DNA of 64,000 bases. It comes from an uncultured Spirochaetota bacterium. Lineage in GTDB: Bacteria > Spirochaetota > Spirochaetia > SZUA-6 > CAVTHK01. The stretch lies in assembly GCA_963734495.1 (NCBI GenBank), contig CAVTHK010000013.1, positions 32,001 to 96,000 of the forward strand, written 5' to 3'. Positions 54,749-64,000 of the stretch are shown here, in pieces. Numbering within the stretch: the stretch's first letter is position 1; every line of letters begins with the position of its first letter. The translations under genes were made by a program, and so were the position numbers. The notes below the pieces were generated by a model. It was given only the letters and a program-made list of their open reading frames with translations, did no database searches and was not told the DNA's origin.

Positions 54749-55589
54749 CGGCCCCGCCGCCCGGAGCGTGCTTCGCCGTGAACCAGTCGATCAGCCGGCG
54801 CGATATGCTCGCCCGGTCCGGAACGCGGGGCATGGCGTCGGCCCTGAACCAGGCCGCCTCCTTGACCTCGGCGCCGTCGATCGCGATCTCACCGGAGGCG
54901 TGCTCCGCCGTGAACGCCAGCATCAGCGAGTGCGGGAACGACCAGCTCTGGCTGCCGAAGTAGCGGATCGCCTCGACCTCGATGCCGGTCTCCTCGCGGA
55001 CCTCGCGCACGACGCACTCCTCCAGCGTCTCGCCGGGCTCCACGAAGCCGGCGATCACGCTGAAGAGGCCCGGCGGGAAGCGGTCGGCATGGGCCATCAA
55101 CAGGCTCGCGCCCCGCGTCACAGCAACGATGATGGCGGGCGACAGCCGAGGGAACACCATGGCGCCGCAGGAGGAGCACAGCTTGGCGCGCTCGTCCTCC
55201 TTGGTCCGGGTCGGCGCGCCGCACCGGCCGCAGAACTGGTGGTCCCGGTCCCAGGTCACGATCTGCTTGGCCATGCCTGCCAGGTTGAACAGCTCGTCTC
55301 CGAGGCCGGCGAACAGGGGGCGCAGGCCCTCGAACCGGGCGCCCGTCACGGCCCCGGCCGAATCCGCCCGCGCCGCGTAGGCCGGCTCGCCCTCGAGCAC
55401 GCCGAGGTAGTGGGCCTCCGCCGCGCGGAGACCGGCCCGATCCAGGTCCGACGTGCGCGGGATCAGCGCCTCGCCGGTCCCGCCGCCCTCGCGCACGAGA
55501 AGGTCTTCGTGCCGGTAGACGAACCACCAGGCTGCGGCCGGGGGCGGGCCCTGCAGCGTCCCGGAGCCTGAGCCTCTGTCGAACTTCAC
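54735..55589 (-). CDS. nudC: NAD(H) pyrophosphatase
   Basis: HQFCGRCG...CSSCG zinc ribbon, AGFVEPGETLEECVVREVREETG, SQSWSFPHSLM. Confidence 0.94.
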   Translation of the reverse strand: MKFDRGSGSGTLQGPPPAAAWWFVYRHEDLLVREGGGTGEALIPRTSDLDRAGLRAAEAHYLGVLEGEPAYAARADSAGAVTGARFEGLRPLFAGLGDELFNLAGMAKQIVTWDRDHQFCGRCGAPTRTKEDERAKLCSSCGAMVFPRLSPAIIVAVTRGASLLMAHADRFPPGLFSVIAGFVEPGETLEECVVREVREETGIEVEAIRYFGSQSWSFPHSLMLAFTAEHASGEIAIDGAEVKEAAWFRADAMPRVPDRASISRRLIDWFTAKHAPGGGAGLSP

Positions 55590-55728
55590 GGGAGCCTCAC
55601 CTCGCGAGGGAATTCATGGATGCCGATGCGTCGGAGGATAGCAGGCGGGCGCATCCGTGTACAGGCAAGCCGTGGAAGTTGCTGCGCGGGCGGCGGCTGC
55701 ATTACAATTTCAGGCGAGAGGTGCGGCG

Positions 55729-55938
55729 ATGGACGACCTGGGCGCTCAAATCGGAGAGGCGGCAGGAGCGGTCTGGCGCGCTCTGGAGGGCAGCACCAGC
55801 TGGACGACTGCCACTCAGCTCCGCAATCGCACGTCCCTTTCCAACGACATGCTCCAGAGGGCTCTTGGCTGGCTCGCTCGCGAAGGCAAGATCCAGTTCG
55901 AGGTCTCGGGCAAAGTCGTCAAGGTGATGCTGAGGTAA
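55729..55938 (+). CDS. Small winged-helix protein (DUF2582-like)
   Basis: IGEAAGAVWRAL...ALGWLAREGKI. Confidence 0.85.
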   Translation: MDDLGAQIGEAAGAVWRALEGSTSWTTATQLRNRTSLSNDMLQRALGWLAREGKIQFEVSGKVVKVMLR

Positions 55939-56704
55939 GCAGCGCCTCGAGCTCCCGCAGGCGGGCGATCACCGTGAGCCGGCCGCGCGCGGCGGCGTCG
56001 GCCAGCACCGCCTCGGGGTCGCCGTAGCGCTCGCGCAGCCGCTCGGGGGCATCTCCCGAGACCTGCCCCGGCCTGCGGATCAGCACCGCGCGCATGCCTG
56101 CTGCCGCCGCAGCCTGGTAATCGACGATCGAGTCGCCCACGTACGCCGTCTCCTCGGGACGCAGGTCCGTGCCCGCGAGGGCGAGCCGCATGATCCGCGG
56201 GTCCGGCTTCTCGACCCCGACCTCCGCCGAAACGATCACGCGCTCGAAGAAGCGCTCGAGCCCGCTCTGCTTCAATACCGAACGGACGTGGGGCGGATGA
56301 TCGAAGTTGCTGACGAGGCCCACGCGGCGTCCGGCGGCGGCTGCGAGGACGCCCGCGGCATCGGGATCGAGGCGCAGCATCGCCTGCCAGCCCGCGCACG
56401 TCGCGTCCGCGACCGCCCGCAGGTCCGCGGGCGCGAGCGCGAGGCCCATCTCACGCGCCACGCCCCCGATGCGGCTCTCGAACCGGGTGGTGCCCGGAAT
56501 GTCCGCGAGCGGCTCGCCCCAGATGCCGGCGAGCCGCTCGCCGAAACGCTGCTCCGCCTCGCCGAGCCCGCGGGCGCGGAGCTGCCGGTAGCAGGCGCCG
56601 ACCCACGCGCGCCGCGCGGCCTCGGGATCGGGGGGCAGGAAGAGCGTTCCGTACAGGTCGAAGAAGACGCCTCGCAGCCGCGGCGCGCCACCCCGGGCTC
56701 TCAC
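55919..56704 (-). CDS. HAD-family hydrolase
   Basis: FFDLYGTL, VSNFD, EKPDP, YVGDS. Confidence 0.88.
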   Translation of the reverse strand: MRARGGAPRLRGVFFDLYGTLFLPPDPEAARRAWVGACYRQLRARGLGEAEQRFGERLAGIWGEPLADIPGTTRFESRIGGVAREMGLALAPADLRAVADATCAGWQAMLRLDPDAAGVLAAAAGRRVGLVSNFDHPPHVRSVLKQSGLERFFERVIVSAEVGVEKPDPRIMRLALAGTDLRPEETAYVGDSIVDYQAAAAAGMRAVLIRRPGQVSGDAPERLRERYGDPEAVLADAAARGRLTVIARLRELEALLTSASP

Positions 56705-56715
56705 CGGCCGCGGCT

Positions 56716-56979
56716 TCAGGCCCGCACGACGTCGACCGAAGCCCGGACCGCGCCGGCCTGCCCTTCGAGATCGACGACGACGTGCCACTTGCCCTTGAAC
56801 GGAGGCACGAACTTGACGGGGTTGGTGGTCTCGGGGCCGGCCGTGGCCTCGTAGCGCTTGCCCAACTTGTACTTCGCGAAGGCGATCGGGTCGAGGAGGC
56901 GCACGTTCCCCGTTCCGGTGAGGTTGACCTGGATGATGTACCCGGGGCCCGTGTCGACGATGTAGTGAAGGAAGTGCAT
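56716..56979 (-). CDS. DUF1883-like small protein
   Basis: MHFLHY...NVRLLD...WHVVVDLEG. Confidence 0.75.
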   Translation of the reverse strand: MHFLHYIVDTGPGYIIQVNLTGTGNVRLLDPIAFAKYKLGKRYEATAGPETTNPVKFVPPFKGKWHVVVDLEGQAGAVRASVDVVRA

Positions 56980-56989
56980 GCGCGGCTCC

Positions 56990-57337
56990 TCAGCCCGGAG
57001 GCCAGGTCATCTGGCGGCCGCCGAGTATGTGCGCGTGCAGGTAGTCGACCGTCTGCTGCCCGTGGCGGCCGCAGTTAAAGACAACCCGGTAGCCCGGCCC
57101 GTCGAGGCCAAGCAGGCGGGCCGCGCGCGCGACGCCCTGCATGAACCTGCCGACCTCTTCGACGTCGAGATCGGCCAGCTCCTTGAAGCTCCCCACCCTG
57201 CGCTTGGGAATGACGAGCACGTGAACGGGCGCCTGCGGGTTGACGTCCCTGAAGGCGAGCACGTGCTCGTCGTCGTGCACCACGTCGGCCGTTGCCTCGC
57301 CGGCGAGGATCCTGTCGAAGATGGTCTTCGCGGCCAA
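56990..57337 (-). CDS. Histidine triad (HIT) nucleotide-binding protein
   Basis: TIFDRIL, AFRDVNPQAPVHVLVIPK, YLHAHILGGR, WPPG; TTG start. Confidence 0.92.
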   Translation of the reverse strand: MAAKTIFDRILAGEATADVVHDDEHVLAFRDVNPQAPVHVLVIPKRRVGSFKELADLDVEEVGRFMQGVARAARLLGLDGPGYRVVFNCGRHGQQTVDYLHAHILGGRQMTWPPG

Positions 57338-57521
57338 GTGTCTGCTCCCCGCGCGTCCGCTCTCACCTCGCGCTCCAGCGAAAGTATAGCGGTCGGGCAT
57401 CGCTTGTCCATCGCGGCATCGCGGCATGGCGGCATCGCTGCCCGGGCGGAAACGGGAGGCCCGGGCGGGGCCAGCAGGCGCGCGGGTGCGGGCCTGCGCG
57501 CGCGGCCCGCGCGGGGCGCGC

Positions 57522-58539
57522 TCAGTCCGCCAGCGAGCCCGCGCCGGCCGCGCGGAGCACGGCGTCCACGAACTCCAGCGTCGCCGCGCCGTCGGCGGCG
57601 CTCGACACGGGCCTGCGCCCGGGGTCGCGCGCGCACGCAACCGCGTCGGCCATCATCCCGGCGAAGTAGCCCGTGACGCGGGGGCGGCCCCGGCGAACGC
57701 GGGCGAGCGATCGCATCCCCGTGTAGTACGGGCTCGGGCCGCTGCGGTACTCTTCGTAGACGCCGTTGCCGATGCGCAGCCGGCCGCGGGCAAAGCTCAG
57801 GTCCACCTCGAAGACGAGGTGATCGCGCCCCGACCCGATCTCCATGAGGACGGGCACGGCCCCGGCAGCCGCGGTGACGACGAGCGCCTCGGCCGCCGCC
57901 TCGGCCCCCGCGCCGGGCATATGCGCAAGCGCCGCCCCGCGCAGCTCGAGGGCCGCGCCCGCGAGGAACGCGATGATGTCGGCGAGGTGCGTGCCGTCGA
58001 ACAGCAGGATGTCGGCCGCCGGCCGCGTGCGGCCCAGGTAGAGACGCGAGGCGATCGAGAGCAGCGGGCCGTAGCGGCCCTCGGCCACGATCCGCCGGGC
58101 GGCGAGGTAGTCGCGGGAGTAGCGGCGCTCGTGGTTGGTGAGGATGCGCGGCCCGCCTTCGCGGTCGAGGGCGGCGATGGCGCGGGCCTCGTCGAGGCGT
58201 TCCGCCAGCGGCTTCTCGCAGACGATCACCCGCACGCCCGCGCGGGCCGCGGCTTCGACGATCGCGAGGTGAGTGTCGGGAGGCGAGGCGACGTGCAGCA
58301 CATGGGGCTTCGAGCCCGCGAGCAGCGAATCGACGTCGGCGAACACGTGCCTGCAGCGCCATCGCCGGGCAAAGGCCTCGCGCCGCGACGGGTCAGGGTC
58401 GCAGCCGCCGACGAGGATGCAGTCCCTGTTGCCGTGCGATCGCGCCCGCGTGCGTCGCGGGCTTCTCGCGCAGCCGGTCGTCCTCGAGCAGGCTCCCGAT
58501 GCGGCCGAGCCCGGCGACGGCGCAGCGCAGCCGGGTCAC
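57522..58539 (-). CDS. Gfo/Idh/MocA oxidoreductase, frameshifted
   Basis: VAGLGRIG, VCEKPLA, NHERRY, DGTH. Confidence 0.85.
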
Positions 58540-59336
58540 AGGTAGCGCTTGGTCTCCCCGCCGGCGCACTCGGAGACGAGCTCGATGTAGGGCTTGGCCG
58601 GGCTGGGGTCGATCTTCTTCAGCAGGACCTCCTCGATCTGGAACATCCCGATCGAGGCGCTCATTTCCACGTGGATCCGGATCGGCTTCTCCTCGCCCTT
58701 GCCGATGCGCACCTTCTCGATCGCCGTGGCGGAGTGCTTGTGGATGTCGCCCATGCGCGCGTCGGTGGCGAGGAGCATGGGGATGCGCGCGCGTCCCTTC
58801 TCCATGTCGCACCCGTCGGCGATCATCACGAGGCCCGCCTCCAGCGAGTGGACGCGGTGCAGCCCCATGTGCCCGACGATGCCCTCGACGACCATCGACC
58901 GCACGATGACGCGCCTCTCGATATCCTGCGGGTACACCTGGGCCACGATGCGGTCGATGATCGGCATCGCGAGCCAAACGCCCGTGTGCTCGTGATCCTC
59001 GCGGCTCACGGTCATGCCCACGTCGTGGAGAAAAGCGGCGACGAGCACGGCGACCCTGCTGTCCTCGAGGGTGCCGATCTCCTCGCTCTCGAGGTTCAGC
59101 TTGACTCCCCCCTCCGTGAGGAGGTCGATCATCCGCAGCGCGTTGAGCACGACCTGGCGCATGTGCACAGGTCCGTGGTCGTTGTATCCCAGCCGCTTGA
59201 TCGCGACGGTGTTGGCGTAGTCCTGCAGGTGGTGCACTTCGGGGTCGTTGACGAGGATCTGGGCCGCCCGATGGGCGAGCCCGTCGACCTTGCGCAGCAG
59301 CACCGCGTCAAGGTTCAGTTCTTTCGGTGACTTCAA
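58536..59336 (-). CDS. HD-domain phosphohydrolase
   Basis: GYNDHGPVH, FLHDVG, IADGCDM. Confidence 0.88.
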   Translation of the reverse strand: MKSPKELNLDAVLLRKVDGLAHRAAQILVNDPEVHHLQDYANTVAIKRLGYNDHGPVHMRQVVLNALRMIDLLTEGGVKLNLESEEIGTLEDSRVAVLVAAFLHDVGMTVSREDHEHTGVWLAMPIIDRIVAQVYPQDIERRVIVRSMVVEGIVGHMGLHRVHSLEAGLVMIADGCDMEKGRARIPMLLATDARMGDIHKHSATAIEKVRIGKGEEKPIRIHVEMSASIGMFQIEEVLLKKIDPSPAKPYIELVSECAGGETKRYL

Positions 59337-59450
59337 TACGAATGACTCCTTGCCGTAAGATAAGCCCCTGGTGACCCAAGGGGCAAAAGGTTGAAGGCCG
59401 CCGCGCGGCGCCCGGCCCCTCCCGGGAGCGACGGATGCGGCGGCGGCCCT

Positions 59451-61197
59451 TTAGTGGCCCTCGGCGGAAACGGCGTCCCAGCCGCCGGCCTCGCGGATCG
59501 CGTCGAGCCTGACGAACGTGCCCTCGCGGCAGAGCAGCCTGCCGCCCGCCTCGCAGAGGCCGCAGATCCCCACGCCGCAGAGGCTGGGGGTCTCGAGCGA
59601 GCTGACGATGCGCGCCGGCGGCACGCCCGCGGCCTCCTCCGCCTCTGCCGCCCGCTGCATCAGGGCCGGCGGCCCGATGTTGCAGCAGAAAGCGGCCGCC
59701 GCGTCCCGCTCCGCCGCGAGGCGGGCGGCGAGCGCCGCGACGACGCGGCCGGGCGTGCCGCGGTCGGGTACCACCACGCGCTCGGCCGCGGCGGGCACGA
59801 GCGACGCGAGCGTCGCCTCCTCTTCCCGCGACACGCCGTAGAAGAAGCTCACCCGCGCGCCCGCCTCGAGGAGGCTCTCGACCAGCCGCGGGGCCACGGC
59901 GATCCCGGTCCCGCCCGCGACGACCCAGGCGCGCGCCGCGCTCGCGATGCGGGGAGCGGCGCCGTAGGGGCCGCGCAGGAACACGGTGCCGCCGCGTCCC
60001 ACCTCCCAGAGCGCCTGCGTGAAGGCCCCGCGCCTGCGGAACACGAACGAAAGCGGCTCGCGCAGAGCGATCGAGAACGGCTTCTCACCCACCCCTGGAA
60101 GAAAGACGAAGGCGTACTGGCTCGCCTCGTAATCGAGGCGGCCTTCCAGGACGATCAGCTTGACGTCCGCGCCGACGGCGCGCGATTCCCGGACCGCAAA
60201 GGGCCGGTAGGCCATGACCGGCGCCTGCGACACCACCGCGGAAGCGTCGTCGGTGCCGGCGGCCGCGTCCCGCGCGAGCGCCGCGACAAAGCGCGGCAGC
60301 GCCTCCTGCGGGGCGACGCGCGCAAGGACGCTGCCGACGCCGACGATGTCCGCCCCCGCCTCGGCCAGCCGCCGCACGTGCGCGCCCGCGGAGACGCCGC
60401 CCATGCCGATGATCGGCACGCCGCGGCCGACCGCTGCCCGCGCCTCCGCGACCTTGCGCGCCGCGAGCTCCCGGATTCCCTCGCCCGAGCGGCCGCCGAG
60501 CCCTTCGGGGTGGCCGAGGATCGGGGCGCCGCTCGCCGGCTCCCGGTAGACGTACGGCCCGGCCGTGTTGATCGCGGCGATCCCGTCCGCGCCCCCCTCC
60601 ATCGCGGCCCGCGCGATGCCGCCGATGTCGTCGGTGTTGGGCGTCAGCTTCGCGAGGAACGGGCGCGTGGTAGACGCCCTGACGGCGCGGCAGATCTCCC
60701 GGACCAGGTCTGGGTCGCTGCCGATGGCACTGCCGGAGCGATCGAGCGTGTGCGGGCAGGACAGGTTCAGCTCGAAGAGATCGGCGACGCGGCTCGAGCG
60801 CCGAGGCCAGCGCGCAGAAGTCCTCGGCCGTCCCCGCCGCGAGCGAAACGTTGAGCAGGGCCCGCATCGGGCCGAGAGCCGCCAGCTCGCGCAGCGCGGT
60901 CTCCATCCCCGGGTTGCGGAGGCCCACGGCGTTGCCGAACGTGCCGGCTGGCCCTTCGGGGTCTTCGCAGAGGATCGGCTCGCGGTTGCCGGGGTTCGCG
61001 AAGCGCTGGAAGCTCTTGGTCGTGATGACGGAGACCTCGGGCATCGCGCGATCCACCCACCGGATGAGGCCCGGGCGCGTCGTGAGGATCCCCGACACGG
61101 TGGCGAGCCCGCCGCCTGTGGCGAGCAGCCGCAGGACCTGCGCGCGCGGGCGCAACGGGCGGCTGGGGCGCCTGCCGTCGGCCATGGGTACCTTCAT
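59451..61197 (-). CDS. pyrD: Dihydroorotate dehydrogenase (class 1B) fused to PyrK electron-transfer domain, one frameshift
   Basis: TTKS, NAVGLRNPG, ELNLSCPH, KLTPN, AINT, IGMGGV; then EKPFSI, GPYG, AGGTG, CGVGICGLC...C. Confidence 0.85.
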
Positions 61198-61198
61198 C

Positions 61199-62263
61199 CT
61201 AGTTCATGAGCGCGCGGCGCACCTTCATCTTGTCCACCTCGTTCAGGCGGACCCCGCAGGCGATCTTGGCCCAGGTGTTAAAGGTGTAGAAGCGAAGGCT
61301 GTCGGCCGCGGTCTTGATCTCCTGGAAGATGTCCGCGCTCCCCGCCGGCATGAAGAAGTCCTCTATGTTATCCGTGCCCAGCCGCACCGCGACGTCTTCG
61401 ATCAGGAACTCGAGCACCCTCGTGATGCTGTTGTGCATGGGCACGTGCACGCGGCGGTCCTGCTTGTTCGAGAGGGTCGCGCCCGGGCACACGACGACGC
61501 CGACGTTGGTCTCCTTGAGGCCGTCGATGAGGCGGTGGAAGCGCTCCTCGTCGTAGGAGGCCACCGAGAGCGCGTGCACCGCCCACACCGTCGGCTCGCG
61601 CTTCTCGGCGTGGCCGGTGCGGTCGGGCCTCAGCCAGCGCACGGCCTCCACCAGCGTCTCCGTGCCGCTTTCGGTCGGCAGGTTGGTCTGGTCGACGTGC
61701 ATGTGCACGTCCTTGCCGAGCGAGTTCCCGAGCTCGAGCACGCGGCGGAAATGCTCCTTGAACCCGATGTGCTCCGCGAGCGCGTCGCGCTCCGGGAGCG
61801 TCCCGATAAAGTCGGCGAGGCGGGCGCCTTCGACAAAGAGCTCCCAGCGGCGCTTCTCGGTGTCCTTGAAGCCGAAGATCGGGTAGGCGCCGACGCGGAA
61901 GTCGATCCGGCTCTTGTACTTTTCCTTGAGCTCCAGCGCCGCCTCCAGCGCGGTGAGGCCCACGACGTCCGCGGTCGTGTCGATGAAGCTGTCGAGCCTG
62001 CGGGTGCCGCAGGCGATGGAGGTCTCCAGGACGCGGCCCATGCGCTCGCGCAGGCTCTCCCCGGTGTACGCCGGGCCCTCGTGCAGGACGCCGGTCGTGT
62101 GCTGCTTGACCGGCAGCGGGTACGTGGCGATCTCCCAGGGGTCCATGTCCGCGTAGTCGACATAGGCGGGCTCCATCACGTGCGCGCGGTCGATGTGCGC
62201 GTGCGCGTTGAACCAGCCTCCGTAGGACGCCGCGGCCTTGCGGACCTCTTCTTCGAAGTTCAT
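61199..62263 (-). CDS. Amidohydrolase, cytosine deaminase-like fold
   Basis: NAHAHIDR, HMHVDQ, AVHA, VCP, GTDNIEDFF. Confidence 0.8.
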   Translation of the reverse strand: MNFEEEVRKAAASYGGWFNAHAHIDRAHVMEPAYVDYADMDPWEIATYPLPVKQHTTGVLHEGPAYTGESLRERMGRVLETSIACGTRRLDSFIDTTADVVGLTALEAALELKEKYKSRIDFRVGAYPIFGFKDTEKRRWELFVEGARLADFIGTLPERDALAEHIGFKEHFRRVLELGNSLGKDVHMHVDQTNLPTESGTETLVEAVRWLRPDRTGHAEKREPTVWAVHALSVASYDEERFHRLIDGLKETNVGVVVCPGATLSNKQDRRVHVPMHNSITRVLEFLIEDVAVRLGTDNIEDFFMPAGSADIFQEIKTAADSLRFYTFNTWAKIACGVRLNEVDKMKVRRALMN

Positions 62264-63642
62264 GAAGCCTCCTCCTCTCGTCTGCCCGCGATCGCGAGCA
62301 GCTCCCGCAGCGTGGCGTACGCGTGCACCGTGATCCCGCGCCTGGCGAGCTCCTCTCGGCCGCCTGCCTCGCGGTCGACGAGGACCACGAGGTCGCGCAC
62401 CTTGAGCCCGGCCGCCTCGAGAACCGCGATCGCCTCGAGCTTGCTGGCGGCCGAGGTGATGACGTCGTCGACGAGGAGCACTCTCTCGCCCGGCTCGAAG
62501 GCCCCCTCGATGCGGCTGCCGGTGCCGTGGTCCTTGGCGTCGAGCCTGGGGTAGAGCATCGGCCGGCCGACCCGCAGCGACAGCGCCGTGCCGATCGGCA
62601 GCGCCGCGAGCGGGATCGCCGCGATGCGGTCGTAGGCGATGCCTTCGGCGAGCCCGGCGTAGGCGGCGGCCACCGCCGCGAGCAGGCGCGGGGCCGACAC
62701 GAGCCGCCGCAGGTCGAGGTAGACCGGCGAGATCTCGCCGGACTTGAGGCGGAACTGTCCGAAGCGAAGGCAGCCTTCGGCGACGATCCGCTCGAAGAGC
62801 TTTCGCTTCGCCGCGTCCGCGGCGTCGGGTGCCGCCTCGCGCGGCGCGCGGCGCGCGCCGTCGCGGGCGGCGTTGATCGCGTCCCGCAGCTCGCGCGCCC
62901 TGGCCGCCGGATCCGCCGCATCCGCGATGGCGCGCGAGGCGTTGATCAGCAGGCCGAGCCCGTCCTGCCGCAGCCCCGCCCCCACCGCCGCCTCCAGTGA
63001 CCCGCCCTGCGCGCCGACTCCGGGGCAGAGGATCCAGGCCGCCGGCGCCGCCTCGCGCACGCGCCGCAGGGCTTGCGGGTCCGTGGCGCCGGCTACGAGC
63101 CCGACACCTGGCCCCCAAGCCGCCGCCCTGCGGGCGAGCTCCACGTAGAGCGGCGTCGGGCCGCCTGCGCCGTCGACCTCGAGCGCCTGAACCTCGTCGG
63201 AGCCGGCGTTGGAGGTCCGGCAGAGCACGAAGAGCCCGCGGCCCGGATATTTGAAGAAGGGTTCCAGCGCCTCGCGGCCCAGGTAGGGGCTGACGGTGAT
63301 CGCACCCACGCCCAGCCGTTCAAAGGCGGCCGCCGCGTAGGCCGCGGCCGTGTCGCCGATGTCGCCCCGCTTGGCGTCGAGGATCACCGGCGTGTCGTCC
63401 GGGATCAGCCGCAGCGTCTGCTCCAGCGCCTCCCAGCCGGCCGCGCCCAGCGCCTCGTAGAACGCGATGTTGGGCTTGAAGCAGGCCGCGTACGGGCGCG
63501 TCGCCTCGATGAGCCGCCTGTTGGCCTCCACCATCCCGCGGGCGGCGTCCGCGCCGCCGCCCGGCCGCGGGTCGAGCCCGACGCAGAGCAGGCTCGCGCG
63601 CGCGGCGCAGGAGGCCTCGAGCGCCTTGAAAAAGTCCATCAT
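62260..63642 (-). CDS. pyrF: Bifunctional OMP decarboxylase / orotate phosphoribosyltransferase (PyrF-PyrE)
   Basis: LCVGLDP, FKPNIAFYE, DAKRGDIG, PGVGAQGG; then LKSGEISPVYLDLR, KDHGT, LVDDVITS. Confidence 0.93.
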   Translation of the reverse strand: MMDFFKALEASCAARASLLCVGLDPRPGGGADAARGMVEANRRLIEATRPYAACFKPNIAFYEALGAAGWEALEQTLRLIPDDTPVILDAKRGDIGDTAAAYAAAAFERLGVGAITVSPYLGREALEPFFKYPGRGLFVLCRTSNAGSDEVQALEVDGAGGPTPLYVELARRAAAWGPGVGLVAGATDPQALRRVREAAPAAWILCPGVGAQGGSLEAAVGAGLRQDGLGLLINASRAIADAADPAARARELRDAINAARDGARRAPREAAPDAADAAKRKLFERIVAEGCLRFGQFRLKSGEISPVYLDLRRLVSAPRLLAAVAAAYAGLAEGIAYDRIAAIPLAALPIGTALSLRVGRPMLYPRLDAKDHGTGSRIEGAFEPGERVLLVDDVITSAASKLEAIAVLEAAGLKVRDLVVLVDREAGGREELARRGITVHAYATLRELLAIAGRREEEAS

Positions 63643-63680
63643 CCCCTCCCTCAGCGCGGCTGGACGCGACGGCCGCGGGC

Positions 63681-63708
63681 AAAAAAAAGGAGAGCCCCGA
63701 GGCTCTCC
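63681..63708 (-). terminator. Intrinsic terminator (attenuator 2) in the pyr leader
   Basis: GGAGAGCC-TCGG-GGCTCTCC followed by T8. Confidence 0.85.
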
Positions 63709-63730
63709 CGTTCCGGCGGACTTCCGCGCG

Positions 63731-63760
63731 AAAAAAAGACTCCGGCGCTCCCGGAGTCTT
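63731..63760 (-). terminator. Intrinsic terminator (attenuator 1) in the pyr leader
   Basis: AAGACTCCGG-GAGCG-CCGGAGTCTT running into a T7 tract. Confidence 0.82.
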
Positions 63761-63805
63761 GTGCTTACCCATCCTGGGCTCTTACCGCATCCCATGTTCG
63801 TCGGC

Positions 63806-63834
63806 AGTCTGCCAGAGCCCGCTCCGGATGTCAA
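63806..63834 (-). promoter_or_regulatory. Putative sigma70 promoter of the pyr operon
   Basis: TTGACA (63829-63834), 17 nt ending in TGG, CAGACT (63806-63811). Confidence 0.65.
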
Positions 63835-64000
63835 GGGGAGGTTCGCCCCTGTGTGCCCCGCCGCTCGCCCCGCCGCCGCGGCCCGGCGGGGGTGTCGGGT
63901 TTTGCCGCACGGACGGGGCCTGCCCCGGCTGCCGGGGGGCGCGGTTGCGTCCCGCAGGAGCCGAGCGCTACATTGCGGCCATGCTGCTCTACACGCCGCA

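Noticed and set aside
61199-63118. 639-aa extended amidohydrolase
   Set aside because: The upstream part is a shadow frame of pyrF-E; the real start is ATG 62263 after GAGGAGG.

Overview
High-GC bacterial chromosomal window with about 55 genes. Frequent single-base indels break many ordinary genes (dcd, pyrD, glgP, glgX, GH29), which is best explained by uncorrected long-read errors, so split genes were stitched across frames by eye. Taxonomy cannot be read from the sequence; gene content loosely suggests an uncultured free-living lineage such as Spirochaetia (inference). Contents from left to right: a less GC-rich accessory stretch with hicAB and gene relics (1-4.4 kb); glycan-degradation genes (GHL6, enolase family, GH29, AKR, sulfatase); housekeeping genes (truA, proB, RlmI-like, NUDIX, HD, MFS); kdgK with a tandem 47-bp hairpin array in its apparent 5' leader; vapBC; two GNAT genes converging on a PLP-enzyme/DUF1611/PP-loop operon; a GntR-associated sugar catabolic cluster; a glycogen cluster (glgP, glgX and a ~1600-aa GH13+GT5 fusion); rimK, nudC, HIT and HD genes; and a pyr operon (pyrF-pyrE fusion, amidohydrolase, pyrD-pyrK fusion) with a double-terminator leader. 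The most interesting signals are the PLP/DUF1611/PP-loop operon, the glycogen fusion, several structured intergenic repeats (some with CsrA-type GGA loops) and many apparently leaderless genes. I saw no rRNA, tRNA, CRISPR array or transposase.
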